The notes under the pieces: model-generated
Databases searched by the model: none
What the model was told of the DNA's origin: nothing
Seen by the model: the letters and a program-made list of their open reading frames with translations, nothing else
Source: Macrostomum hystrix
Lineage: Eukaryota > Animalia > Platyhelminthes
NCBI GenBank assembly: GCA_950097015.1
Contig: CATNEN010000038.1
Location: forward strand, 16,864,001-16,928,000
DNA length: 64,000 nucleotides
Reading direction: 5' to 3'
Part shown: positions 38,801 to 51,489 of the stretch, piece by piece
Position numbering within the stretch: the first letter of the stretch is position 1
How the letters are laid out: each line of letters opens with the position of its first letter
Program-made: the position numbers and the translations under genes

Positions 38801-41800
38801 GTTGATGTGTGACTTCAGACCAGTTGATGTGTGACTTCAGGCCAGTTAATGTGTGACTTCAGGCCAGTTAATGTGTGACTTCAGGCCAGTTAATGTGTGA
38901 CTTCAGGTCAGTTGATGTGTGACTTCAGGCCAGTTAATGTGTGACTTCAGGCCAGTTGATGTGTGACTTCAGGCCAGTTAATGTGTGACTTCAGACCAGT
39001 TGATGTGTGACTTCAGACCAGTTGATGTGTGACTTCAGACCAGTTGATGTGTGACTTCAGGCCAGTTAATGTGTGACTTCAGGCCAGTTAATGTGTGACT
39101 TCAGGCCAGTTGATGTGTGACTTCAGACCAGTTGATGTGTGACATCAGGCCAGTTAATGTGTGATTTCAGGTCAGTTAATGTGTGACTTTAGGCCAGTTG
39201 ATGTGTGACTTCAGGCCAGTTAATGTGTGATTTCAGGTCAGTTAATGTGTGACTTTAGGCCAGTTAATGTGTGACTTCAGGCCAGTTAAAGTGTGACTTC
39301 AGGCCAGTTAATGTGTGACTTTAGGCCAGTTAAAGTGTGACTTCAGGCCAGTTAATGTGTGGCTTCAGGCCAGTTAATGTGTGACTTTAGGCCAGTTAAT
39401 GTGTGACTTCAGGCCAGTTAAAGTGTGACTTCAGGCCAGTTAAAGTGTGACTTCAGGCCAGTTAAAGTGTGACTTCAGGCCAGTTAAAGTGTGACTTCAG
39501 GCCAGTTAAAGTGTGGCTTCAGGCCAGTTAAAGTGTGACTTCAGGCCAGTTGATGTGTGACTTCAGGCCAGTTAATGTGTGACTTCAGACCAGTTGATGT
39601 GTGACTTCAGGCGAGTTAAAGTGTGGCTTCAGGCCAGTTAATGTGTGACTTCAGGCTAGTTAATGTGTGACTTCAGGCCAGTTGATGTGTGACTTCAGGC
39701 CAGTTAAAGTGTGGCTTCAGGCCAGTTAATGTGTGACTTTAGGCCAGTTAAAGTGTGGCTTCAGGCCAGTTAATGTGTGACTTTAGGCTAGATAAATGAT
39801 TTTCATGTCAGCAGCTAGATGCAATGGTTGAATTTGCATAAAACATCAGTAAATTTTCCAACGGTAACCGAATTTCCACCCAGCTGAAAAAGGCGAACCT
39901 CGGTCAGCCGAAGGACGCCAACGGTGCCAGCGACAGCGGATTCGGCGATTCTTCAGGCCTCTCCGACTCCGAGCAGCGCCAGTCTCGCGCCCGCCTTCAC
40001 GCCGTGACGGTCCAAATGATGCGCCGGGCCATCGCCCTGCTGCAGATGGTGGCCGTGTCACAGCTGGGCTGCGGCGGTCAGCTCCAGCAGCACGGCAGCG
40101 GCGGCAAGGACTTCGGCTCCGCTGGCAGCAACCAGATGAAATCTGGCGACACTGCCGCCGCTAGACACTTTGGCGATCTGCGCGCACGCCTAGAGGTGGC
40201 CGTCACCAAGGTTGTGGAAGCTGCCGAGGAGTCTAGATCCGCCGAGCACGAAGACCTGTGAGTCTTTGTTCAGATTTATTTAATTTAACTCAATAACTGT
40301 TAAATATAGTTCAATTGAATAAAATTTAGTCCAACTCAAACTAATCCAATTCAATCCACCCCAATTCATCTCAATTCAGTCCAGTCCTATTTAATTCAAC
40401 ACAGTTCCGAACTAATCAAACGCCAAACAATCGAACACAATCCATTCCAATGCAGGTACATCACCAGCGAGGAGGTCCTGCTAGCCGTGCGCAAAGATCT
40501 CTGCCCAGCCCTGCGAGATCTCCTTCTACACGGCCTGGCTCTGCCTTCGGGCAGCGGATTCGGCGGCGCCGGAGGGTCCGGCCAGTCGGGCCTGGTGTCC
40601 CTGCTGGGCTGCTTCTCTGTTCGCCGTCGTCCACTGGTTCCGAAGCCGACTAGCTCAACAGGTTCGTCGGCGGCTGCTAGTTCAGCTAATAATTCCGCTA
40701 ACGCCGAGATAGCCGATCAGGTTTGGTCCCTGTTCGCCGAGTGGTACCGCATGAAGGGCGGTCGAGAATACACGGACTCGCCGGCTAGGAAATTGTCCGA
40801 GTCCTTCTCTCTCAGCATGGTTGGCAGTCGGGCTGTGACTGTTAAAGAAGAACTTCTGTCGGCTATCCATCACGTCAACGGACTGCATGAGGAATGGGGC
40901 AGAGGCGGGGATCCGAGATTTAAGGCGTTGGTTAGCCTGGCTATGAACCAGGGCAAGCTGGTGCCATGGCTTAGGCTCATTGTGCGGAATACATTCTTCC
41001 TGGATAACTGGTGGACCGCTTGGTCCTACACTGCTAAGACAGGTGAGACACCGCATTTAATTATCTCAGATCCTCAAGTTAGTAATGGCTTTTAATTATC
41101 CCAGATACTAAAGTTAGTAATGGCTTTAATTATCCCAGATCCTCAAGTTAGTAATGGCTTTTAGTTATCCCAGATCCTCAAGTTAGTAATGGCCTTTTAG
41201 TTATCCCAGATCCTCAAGTTAGAAATGGCCTTTTAATTATCCCAGATCCTCAAGTTAGTAATGGCTTTTAATTATCCCAGATACTAAAGTTAGTAATGGC
41301 GTTTTAATTATCCCAGATCCTCAAGTTAGTAATGGCTTTTAAATTATCCCAGATCCTAAAGTTAGTAATGGCTTTTAAATTATCCCTAGTCCTCAAGTTA
41401 GTAATGGCGTTTTAATTATCCCAGATCCTCAAGTTAGTAATGGCGTTTTAATTATCCCAGATCCTCAAGTTAGTAATGGCTTTTAAATTATCCCAGATCC
41501 TAAAGTTAGTAATGGCTTTTAAATTATCCCTAGTCCTCAAGTTAGTAATGGCTTTAATTATCCCAGATCCTCAAGTTATTAATGGCCTTTTAATTATCCC
41601 AGATCCTCAAGTTATTAATGGCCTTTTAATTATCCCAGATACTCAAGTTATTAATGGCCTTTTAATTATCCCAGATCCTAAAGTTAGTAATGGCGTTTTA
41701 ATTATCCCAGATCCTCAAGTTAGTAATGGCTTTTAAATTATCCCAGATCCTAAAGTTAGTAATGGCTTTTAAATTATCCCTAGTCCTCAAGTTAGTAATG

Positions 41801-42283
41801 GCTTTAATTATCCCAGATCCTCAAGTTATTAATGGCCTTTTAATTATCCCAGATCCTCAAGTTATTAATGGCCTTTTAATTATCCCAGATACTCAAGTTA
41901 TTAATGGCCTTTTAATTATCCCAGATCCTAAAGTTAGTAATGGCGTTTTAATTATCCCAGATCCTCAAGTTAGTAATAGCTTTTAATTATCCCAGATCCT
42001 ATCTTCGGACGTCATTGATCCCAAAGTCACAGTTTAATTTTGTCGTAAAATATGTTAGGTCCTTATTTTTCTGTGCTCGTGTATCTTATTATAGTTTCAA
42101 AGTAAGATAGCTTGAGATATCCCAGTCCCAGTCTTAGCGTTCTGCAATCCTTGATTATCCTCCGGATAAACCGCAGGCTGGGATGACGCATTCCACACGT
42201 TGAACCGGCTGGCCAAGATTCCATTCCAGTTGCCATGCGATTTGGCAGTTCGTCAGTTCACTAATATGAATGACGCTTTCTAA
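29835..42283 (+). CDS. RUNDC1: RUN domain-containing protein 1; exons 29835-30600, [31141-31199 or 32054-32133], 39884-40257, 40456-41042, 42177-42283
   Basis: ERWAPLGA, LEEEQEQL..SL..LTSHFAQVQFRL.Q-like, VKEQLVEQLKTQITDLERFIDFLQ, MRRAIALLQMVAVSQLGC, RUN domain AVRKDLCPALRDLLLHGL, C-terminus FQLPCDLAVRQFTNMNDAF*. Confidence 0.95.
30692..31010 (+). mobile_element. tRNA-derived SINE, family B (CORE-like central region)
   Basis: gaaggtcaggggttcgatttcggactctactgg B-box, then gcaagacac...tgcttcagttcacccagctgttaaa..tactgg, then cagtccatggac; related minus-strand copies at ~855-1090, 4455-4660, 7850-7968, 24205-24497, 50040-50180. Confidence 0.7.
31500..31770. repeat. 32-bp minisatellite between the RUNDC1 alternative exons
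   Basis: CAGATAAGGGATTTCCCAGTTCACAGATTCCC. Confidence 0.9.
32390..32945. repeat. 32-bp intronic minisatellite
   Basis: CTGGGATTGCCCCAGATTGGGAATTCCTTTAA. Confidence 0.9.
33560..38072. repeat. 18-bp minisatellite, 4.5 kb, RUNDC1 intron
   Basis: CTGAATCCCTATTCCTAC with recurring variants. Confidence 0.97.
38745..39790. repeat. 22-bp intronic minisatellite
   Basis: CTTCAGGCCAGTTAATGTGTGA. Confidence 0.95.
41058..42000. repeat. 35-36-bp intronic minisatellite with a 250-bp higher-order duplication
   Basis: ATTATCCCAGATCCTCAAGTTAGTAATGGCTTTTAA; near-identical blocks start at 41476 and 41726. Confidence 0.95.
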
Positions 42284-43461
42284 GTGCAGTTTTTTTTCTC
42301 CGGACTGTCCTTCTCTCTCTCGAGTCACAGTTTTTGCTTTATGTTCTACTTTATATTCTATCTATCTTTGTCAATCCTTATTGATTCATCGATTCTATAA
42401 TGTTCCTTTTTATTTCAATTTCCTTATAGTGTGTTATAAAACGCAGCTGATCCTAAATTAGAGTTGTTCTATTTTTCTCTCTGGTTTGTGATTTTATTTG
42501 TCAAAGGTGTTAGGAAGTAATCTTTTAGAAATGCACTTTTATGATCATTTGTCAGCAGAAACATGACACTCGAAACTCTACGGTAACAAATACATATTTA
42601 TTGATTTTTGTCAGTTTAAACTCTCAGTTAATAGACTATGCTTATTGATTACTCCAGTGCTTACCTCATTTCATAATAGCTTTATGTTACTAATTGGTGT
42701 TGTGTGTGAAATGTGCCACTTTCAAAGTTATTCTTATATTTTTTCTTGACCTACAGACACGACTTGATTAATTATTGACTAATTTGTGTCCCATTCTGTT
42801 ATAATTGAGTTTCTATTATTGACTTGTCAAAATTTTTGTCATTCTTGTTTATTTCTGTTGCCTAGCTACTGATGTTGTTAATGTCGGACCTGTTCATTAT
42901 GAATTTGTCTACCTGGTGTTGTATTACATTCTATTTGTATACATTTTCAGAAATTTAGTTGACCATTGCAGAGGTTTCTTGGCGCCAAGATCAGCAATCA
43001 TCTTCCGTTCGAATCTATTTGATTGCACATTGACTATTGTTAAATTATAATATTATAATTTGTTTCTGGATGAGTTTTAAATATGTTTTGCGATTGAGAG
43101 TAAAGAGTCTAGCGCGATGACCTAATAGATTTCTTTGTTTTTTCTTGTCGTTGTTATTTATCCGCGACAAAGTAGATTTGTTGTGTGTTTCATTTTATTT
43201 TTTAGGATAAATATAGCCAGTAGTATCGTTAGTAAATATCAGCTTAGAATTGAGAATTATGAATGAACATTATGCCAAAAATTCAATTGATCTTCTATAA
43301 TTAATTAGTCGGAGATATTTCTCCCCATAACAGCTCAATTTAAGCGAAAAAAAATAAGAAAGACTGTGCTAAATATATTTTAATATGTCTCATCTGCAGT
43401 AACAATGGAAAATCACTGTTTAACAGTAGTACTATCCTAAGCCATTTTGCCGCCCGTTTTT

Positions 43462-43996
43462 ATACCAAGGGAGGATTTCTCCCCCTGAACATTTTTTGGC
43501 AGCGCCCGAATGCTAACAGCGCTGGGTGGTGACTGATTGGTTGACAGACTAGGCGAGCCTGTGGTTGAGCTGCGCCTAATATTTAGGCTTGATCAGTGAA
43601 ATTAGAGAAATTCGCGTCAGGGTGTCCATTGCCTGTCGCGCCAGGCCTGTTTCCACCTGTTGTAGCCCTTGAAGGTCCAGCAGTCCATCTAGATAAAGGT
43701 AGGTGACCACCGAAGACGGAGATTATGCAGGCACATTCGGGTGACATGCTGATAAATTATGAAGACCTGGCAAGGCCGCACTGAGGCGCAGTGCTAATTC
43801 GTGTATAGGGATGTAAATCCGACCTTTGGCCAGAACCATTGAATATCTCGACGGTCTGATGGGCTGGCGACTTAATTCTTGTTTTAGAAAATGCGCAACA
43901 AAAGGTTGGCCCGTGTTCTTGAGTTTCGTGTGCTTGCGTTTATCCGTTCGGGTGCAGAAAAAACAATTATCAGGGGGAATCCTCCCCTCTTGGTAG
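43462..43996. mobile_element. Possible non-autonomous DNA transposon with imperfect terminal inverted repeats
   Basis: taccaagggaggatttctccccctga versus tcagggggaatcctcccctcttggta. Confidence 0.4.
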
Positions 43997-44017
43997 TTCT
44001 ACAGTTAAAATACAAAG

Positions 44018-44226
44018 CGGCACTAATAAGAGCCACATGAAAAATATGTTTAAAAAACCGGCCCTTATAAGGGTCACAAAGAAAAACTATGCAAAAAGTA
44101 CAAAAACGGCCCTAATAAGGGCCGCATAGAAAATCCAAGTTAAATTACTAAAACGGCCCTAATAAGGGACGCAAAACGAATCAGTGTTTGAATAATATAT
44201 AAAACAAGGCCCTAAAAAGGGCCACA
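44018..44226. repeat. Five spaced palindromes GGCCCT(W4)AGGGCC (CArG-like) upstream of SMN
   Basis: CC(A/T)6GG at 44063, 44111, 44158 and 44211, plus a degenerate copy at ~44021. Confidence 0.75.
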
Positions 44227-44336
44227 AATATGTCACACTTGCCATTTATACATTTTCTCCCATTTCAGCCATAAGTAAAACAGACATCAAACGATAATCA
44301 ATCATTATAAAAAGGTGTCAAATTGACAGACAGATT

Positions 44337-45722
44337 ATGGCTGGATCTGGTGCAGCTAGTGCCGGAGATAATCTCCTGCTGTCATCGGATCCCGACGCTT
44401 GGGACGACTCGGCGCTCATTGCCGCCTACGACGAGGCTGTGGCTAAAGCCAGGGAGCTTGCGTTAGGCGGCGATGCTGCTAGTAGCAGTGTGGGCCGGGC
44501 TGCCGGTCAGTTATAGAGATAGTACACTCTTGTAATTCCTTTTATCTTACCGCCTCTCGTAGGGGGCTTGTCGCTACAGAATTCAGGCGAGATCCTACAC
44601 TCTTTTCTTCTGCAGTTTTAGGCGGTAAGTTTTAAGGTGCCCTTCCTCTCCTCTGGCTCCATTCTGGCTCCTCTCCTCCGTGCGACCCGGAACTGCAGCC
44701 TATTTTGGTAGTGTGTTGCCCGCGGCATGCACACAGGTCTGCTAAGCAGCGTCCTCCCCTCTTCCTCCTCTTCCATCTTTCCCACCTTTTCTTACTCTTC
44801 CCCCTATTCCTCCTCTTCCTCGTCTCCCAAATCCTCTTCTCCCTCTTCCTCTTCTTCTCCCTCTTCCCCATTTCATCTTCTTCCCCCTCTTCCCCCTCTT
44901 CCCCCTCTTCCTCCTCTTCCCCTTTTCCTCTTCTTCCCTCTCTCTCCCCCCTTCCCCCTCTTCCTCTTCTTCCCCCCTCTTCCTCTTCTCCCCCCTCTTC
45001 CTCTTCTTCCTCTTCTTCCCCTCTTCCTCTTCTTCTCCCTCTTGCTCCTCTGCATCTTATCTCTCTTGCATCTTACTTATTCTTCTCTTTTTCCAGCTCT
45101 TCATACTCTACATCCTCTCCCTCGTCAACTTAGTCTCCCTTTCCCTATAATTCTCCCCTCTCCCTAATTTTTCCTCATTTAAAACCAGTTTTCTCGTGGT
45201 TTTGTCTATAACCTCTGCGGTTAAATTCTAGCAGGCAAGCAGCAGCAGCAGTCACAGCGAAAGCAGTCGAAGCATGCCAGCCAGCGGCATGAGCAGCCGA
45301 AGCCGCAGTGGAGCATCGGTGATCCCTGCCGAGCTGTCTGGTCCGAGGACGGTGTCGTGTACCGGGCTCGCATTGTGGACTTCACCAAAGCTGGCCGCTG
45401 CCTTGTTGAATTCATCGACTATGGCAACAGCGAGGAGCAGGCTATTGACGACTTGCTGCCGCCGGAACCAACGGTCGCCGCCGCGGCATCGGCTTCGGCC
45501 ATAGACAATGGAAAAAATTCCGCTCGATTTGGCGGCAAAGCAGATAAAGATTATTTAATTCACCTTCAGCAGCAGCAGCCGCAGCCGCCACCGCCGCCGC
45601 TACCAAGCTTACCAACCGATGCTGCTGCTGCAATGGACGAACCGACTTATAATATGCTAATGAGCTGGTACATGTCCGGTTATTATACTGGTTATTATGT
45701 TGGACGAAATTCGGCAAAATGA
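44337..45722 (+). CDS. SMN: Survival motor neuron protein, 2 exons (44337-44505, 45232-45722)
   Basis: Gemin2-binding [14 protein letters not shown], Tudor [22 protein letters not shown]...[10 protein letters not shown], poly-Pro, YG-box [15 protein letters not shown]; NAGNAG acceptor TAGCAG. Confidence 0.97.
44750..45170. repeat. CT-rich low-complexity tract in the SMN intron
   Basis: (CCTCTT)n-like polypyrimidine. Confidence 0.9.
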
Positions 45723-45861
45723 TTTTTTTGACTCATTTATTACTGATTACTGTCGTAAAAGTGTTTTTTTAACACAAGCACTCGATGCTTTGCATTTGTT
45801 TGAAAATACAAATTAAAAAATTGTCAATATAAACGTTATTCTATGTTAATCCTTAAAAAAC

Positions 45862-46565
45862 TTCTCTAGATTTCTATTTAACCTGTCTCTAGATTTTTAT
45901 ATAAACCTGTCTCTAGATTTCTAGTGAATCTGTCTCTAGATTTCTACTGAATCTGTCTCTAGATTTCTTGTTAACCTGTCTCTAGATTTTTATATAAACC
46001 TGTCTCTAGATTTCTAGTGAATCTGTCTCTAGATTTCTAGTGAATCTGTCTCTAGATTTCTTGTTAACCTGTCTCTAGATTTTTATATAAACCTGTCTCT
46101 AGATTTCTAGTGAACCTGTCTCTAGATTTCTTGTGAATCTGTCTCTAGATTTTTATTTAAGCTGTCTCTAGATTTTTATATAAACCTGTCTCTAGATTTC
46201 TAGTGAATCTGTCTCTAGATTTCTAGTGAACCTGTCTCTAGATTTCTTGTAAATCTGTCTCTAGATTTCTAGTGAACCTGTCTCTAGATTTCTTGTGAAT
46301 CTGTCTCTAGATTTCTTGTGAATCTGTCTCTAGATTTCTTGTGAATCTGTCTCTAGATTTCTTTTGAATCTGTCTCTAGATTTCTTGTAAATCTGTCTCT
46401 AGATTTCTTGTGAATCTGTCTCTAGATTTCTTGTGAATCTGTCTTTAGATCTGTAATAAGTCTGTCTCTCGGTTTCTAATGAACCTGTGTTTAGATTTCT
46501 TTATAAAGCAGTCTTTAGATATCTAGCGAACATGTCTCTATATTTTTAAGTAGCATGTCTCTAGA
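45862..46565. repeat. 23-bp minisatellite between SMN and THNSL2
   Basis: AACCTGTCTCTAGATTTCTAGTG. Confidence 0.92.
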
Positions 46566-46663
46566 TTCCAAATGAAAAATCTATTTCAGCTGTCCGATAA
46601 AGGTTATTAGACTGAAATCGATAGGCGCAGCTAACACTAACAGTAACAAAACTATCAGTTGCT

Positions 46664-49600
46664 ATGCGTTATCAGAGCACTGGCGGACAGGTGAGCGGCC
46701 TAACCTTCGAGGAGGCTCTGTTCACTCTGTACGCGCCAGATGGCGGCCTGCTTATGCCTGAGTTCGTGCCCCGGCTCACCCTGCCAGAGTTAGAGGCGCT
46801 GGCTAGGCTGAATTACCTGCAGCTGTGCGTGCGCATCGCCAGGCACTTCATTGATCCTAGCGAAATAGCCACAGATGAACTGTCTGGTAGGATCATCATT
46901 TTACAGCAGTGGCTAGCAATGCTAACAGTCATTCTCAAGGACACCATACTTTACTGTCTTTGTTTAAGACTTTAACATCCTACTAAGTGACTGTCAAATG
47001 TGACTGATTTTTTTATATTCACAAATTATACTGATTCAATCCCATTCGCATCGATTCACTTCCATTCACATTGATTCACTTCCATTCACGTTGATTCACT
47101 CCCATTCACGTTGATTCACTCCCATTCACATTGATTCACTTCCGTTCACATTGATTCGCTTCCATTCACATTGATTCACTTCCATTCACATTCAACTTTT
47201 CCATTCACATTGATTCACATCGATTCACTTTCATTTGCATTGATTCACTCCGATTCACATTGATACACTCCCATTCATATTGATTCACTTCCGTTCACAT
47301 CGATTCACTCCCATTCATATTGATTCACTTCCATTCACATTCAACTTTTCCATTCACATTGATTCACATCGATTCACTTTCATTTGCATTGATTCACTCC
47401 GATTCACATTGATACACTCCCATTCATATTGATTCACTTCCGTTCACATCGATTCACTCCCATTCATATTGATTCACTTCCATTCACATTCAACTTTTCC
47501 ATTCACATTGATTCACATCGATTCACTTTCATTTGCATTGATTCACTCCGATTCAGATTGATTCACTTCCGTTCACATCGATTCACTCCGATTCACATTG
47601 ATTCACTTCCATTCACATTGATTCACTTCTATTCTCATTGATTCACATGGATTCACTCTCATTCACATTGGTTCACATCCATTCACATTAATTTACTACC
47701 ATTAACTTGGATTCACTTCCATTTACGTTGATTCACATCGATTCACTTTCATTCGCAATGATTCACATTGATTCACCTAAATTCACATTGATTCACATTG
47801 ATTCGCTTCCATTCAAATTGATTCACTGCCATTCACATTGATTTACTACCATTAACTTTGATTCACTTCCATCCACGTAGATTCACATCGATTCACTTTC
47901 ATTCGCAATGATTCACATTGATTCACTCCGATTCACATTGATTCACTTCCGTTCACATGGATTCACTCCCATTCACATTGATTCACTTCCATTTAACTTG
48001 ATTCACTCCCATTCACATTAATTTACTACCATTAACTTTGATTCACTTCCATTCACATTGATTCACTTCAATTCACACTGATTCACTTCAATTCACATTG
48101 ATTCACTTCCATTCACATTGATTCACTTCCATTCACATTGATTCACTTCAATTCACACTGATTCACACTGATTTACTTTGATTCACTTCCATTCACATTG
48201 ATTCACTTCAATTCACACTGATTCACACTGATTTACTTTGATTCACTTCCATTCACATTGATTCACTTCAATTCACACTGATTCACACTGATTTACTTTG
48301 ATTCACTGCCATTCACATTGATTCACATTGATTCACTCCCATTTATATTGGTTCACTTCCATTCACATTGATTCACTCCGATTCACATCGATTCACTCCG
48401 ATTCACATCGATTCACTTCAATTGACACTGATTCACTTCCATTCACATTGATTAACCTCCATTCACATCAACAAAACGCCGGTTTCTGAGTGAATCGGAT
48501 TTTTTCGGAAATAGTTTGTTTTTTTGTCAATTTCCAGTTGTACTGACGGAGGCTTACAGAGGAATTGAGCCGAATCTACAGTCGCCTAGAATTCACCAAC
48601 TGAGTGACAGTGTCTCGGTTTTGGAGATGTTTCACACGCCGACTCTCTGTTTCAAGGACTACTCAATGTGCTTTACCACGGCGCTGATGAATCGCTTCCT
48701 GAAGAAGCGTCAGGCATCGTGCGTGTCGCTTGTTGGTCAGCGCTGCAATTATCGTGTTTCTATACATATCGGCGAATAATAATTTTGTTAAGTTTGTCGA
48801 CAATAAGTAATCATTAGACACAATCACACAGATACTGTACGCAGGCACAAAATCACACAGGTGTGTACATCTATCTGCCCAGACTTTCTCATCGTCTCGT
48901 CAGGTATTGTACACTCTCACTGTGCCTTGGAGGTTGGCCCTCAAGGGTCTCAAGAAGCCCCAAAGCCTTCTCTCCGTGACTGCGCTCCAAATGAACGTGG
49001 CTTCGCTGCGGATTCGAGCTCAGGACCCTGGTGAGGCAGAGGCCTTAACCACTCTGCAGTGCGTGATAGATCTAAGCACATTAATCACTACAGAAATGTA
49101 GTTCAACTTCCTAATATGCAAAGGCTAGCACGCACTTAGAGAGCATGATTTCAAGGTCACTTAGGTCACGTGCTTTGTCAACATTCCAGCCACATCCGGT
49201 GACACGGGTGGCTCGGCCATTCGAGCTGTGGAGTCCCTGGGCAGCGCTAATCGGCTTAGTTTAATCGTCCTGCTGCCAGGGGGTCGAGTGTCCACCTATC
49301 AACGCATTGCCATGACAACCAGCCAGTGCGAGCGAGTGCGCGCTGTCTCGGTTGCTATGGACTCGGATCAGCTTGACGACGTTATCCGGGCGGCGGTTAT
49401 GCAGAGAGAGTCAACGAATAGCACTAGCGAGCAGCTGCTATTGTGCACTCAGAACTCGGCAAACTGGGGCAGGATTCTCTTCCAGATACCGGCCTATTTC
49501 TATGCCTACTTCAGTGTGAGCTGCACCTAATATTGACTTCTATTTACACTTTTCACATCCTTTCACCCCATTCACGTATTTTCACGCTATTCACATATTT

Positions 49601-51408
49601 TCACCCCATCCGCATATTTTCACCCCATTCACGTATTTTCACGCCATTCACATATTTTCACCCCATCCGCATATTTTCACCTTATCCAAACATTTTCACC
49701 CCATTCACATACGAGCGTATTTTCGCCCCATTCACATATTTTCACGCCAAATTCGCCCCATTCACCTTTCCAGGCCACCCGCCGCGTTGGCCAGCAGGTG
49801 GAGTTCTTCATCCCAACCGGCGGCTGCGGTAACCTGACCGCGGCCTGCCTGGCCCGCCTCATGGGCCTCCCTATCGCTGCCTGCGCCGCCACCAATCAGA
49901 ATGCTGCCGCTCACGCCCTCATTGCCGAGGGCCGCTTCCAGCCCAAGCCGTCCGTGTGCACCACTTCCGTTGCTATTGATATTGCCGTGAGGATTTTTGT
50001 ACTTTAAATGGCGTTTAAATTGATGGATATATCGCCTAGACGCTGTGTACAAGTGTTCAGTCCATGGACTGGGAGAGGCGCCGCCCCCACCCACATTTTT
50101 ACCACGGGATTTTATTTCACTCATTAAGCATATTGTTTATTTCATCCGGATCAGATTCGAACTCCCGACCTCTCTCACTGTGGGTCCTTAGTTCGAATCC
50201 GCAGCTATGTTATATTAAATTATAAGCCCCATTTCAACTGTACCCAGATGCTTGTATGCAGTAAGGTATTCTGTACATATCGCCTCACCAAATCCCCACC
50301 GCTTTCTGCCCACAGAATCCCTACAACATCCCCAGACTGCTCAGTCTGTTCATCAAGAGTCGAGAGAGAACGGCCGAGTTGGCCAGACAGTTTGATGCCA
50401 GGGCGCTTGTGGAACTCACCGAACAGGAGCGGGCAGATGTGAGATGTCTTTGCTTATCTTCCTGTGGCTCTATTCTATCACCGATAGTCTGCTCACACCT
50501 GCTCACTGTACCCTTCTGATCACTCTGATTTCAGCTTGCCGCATTGACTCACTTCTATTACACTTCTTATTCACACTGATCCCACATCTATTCACTCTGA
50601 TCCCAGCTCTATTCACACTGATCACACATCTATTCACTGTGATCCCACATCTATTTACTGTGATCCCACATCTATTCACACTGATCCCGCATCTATTCAC
50701 ACTGATCTCACATCTATTCACACTGATCCCACATCTATTCACTCTGATCCCACATCTATTCACACTGATCCCGCATCTATTCACACTGATCTCACATCTA
50801 TTCACACTGATCCCACATCTATTCACTCTGATCCCTCATCTATTCACTCTGATCCCACATCTATTCACACTGATCCCACTATTATTATAACATCTTATTC
50901 GTATCTATTCACTGTGAATATGGTTTCATCGTGTAGAAAAACTATTCAAATATAATATTTAAGAGGCCTGTATGAAATTATCCATTTCAGTACCGTCAAA
51001 ATTTAACCTCCGCAGTTGCGCAAGCTCCTCGGCGTTGAATCGTCCGTTGCTACGGACGCCGAATGTCAGGCGGCGATTCTGCGTTCGCATATCGAGCTAA
51101 AATACCTGGCCTGTCCGCACACCGCCTGCGCCCTACTGCCTGCCACCCTGCGCGATCGGCCCGGCCCTGACACGCCCTACTTTCCTAGCCTAGCTCCGCC
51201 TAGGGTGGTCTATGCCACGGCGCATCCTGCCAAATTCGCTGATCTTTATCGAGATCGTCATCTGCCGCAGCCCGACACTCTCCCGGAGGTCCTAGAGCGC
51301 CTCACCCGGCTGCCCGAGCGCTGCCTCGCCTGGTCTAGCGGCGACCTGACCGACTGTGTTGCTAAACTCAACGGCCTGATTGACGAACTGCTGTTGCTAG
51401 GGCATTGA
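46664..51408 (+). CDS. THNSL2: Threonine synthase-like 2 (PLP enzyme), 6 exons (46664-46886, 48538-48735, 49190-49515, 49774-49986, 50316-50438, 51016-51408)
   Basis: MRYQSTGG..TFEEALF.LYAPDGGLLMP, EMFHTPTLCFKD (PLP lysine), ATSGDTGGSA, NSANWGRI, PTGGCGN, AIDIANPYN, CPHTA, ATAHPAKF; phases consistent, 491 aa. Confidence 0.9.
47030..48470. repeat. 10/20-bp minisatellite, THNSL2 intron 1
   Basis: ATTCACATTG ATTCACTTCC. Confidence 0.92.
48853..49055 (-). mobile_element. SINE family A in a THNSL2 intron
   Basis: acacaggtgtgtacatct..ctcactgtgccttggaggttggccctcaagg homology. Confidence 0.8.
49555..49766. repeat. ~20-bp minisatellite, THNSL2 intron 3
   Basis: TTTTCACCCCATTCACRTAT. Confidence 0.85.
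50570..50880. repeat. 21-bp minisatellite, THNSL2 intron 5
   Basis: CTATTCACACTGATCCCACAT. Confidence 0.9.
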
Positions 51409-51489
51409 TCGGCCTAACTTATCTGCCTGAGCACGCTTCCATTTTACTAGACTGCTCTACTCAATTCGATTCTGCTCTACTCACCCTAC

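Noticed and set aside
44018-44226. CRISPR-like repeat-spacer array
   Set aside because: Eukaryotic context, ~16-bp variable repeats, A-rich related spacers, no cas genes
44632-45167. S/P/L-rich and R/G-rich ORFs
   Set aside because: CT-rich low-complexity tract in the SMN intron
46664-51408. Horizontally acquired bacterial threonine synthase thrC
   Set aside because: Five spliceosomal introns, and the PTGGCGN motif fits animal THNSL2
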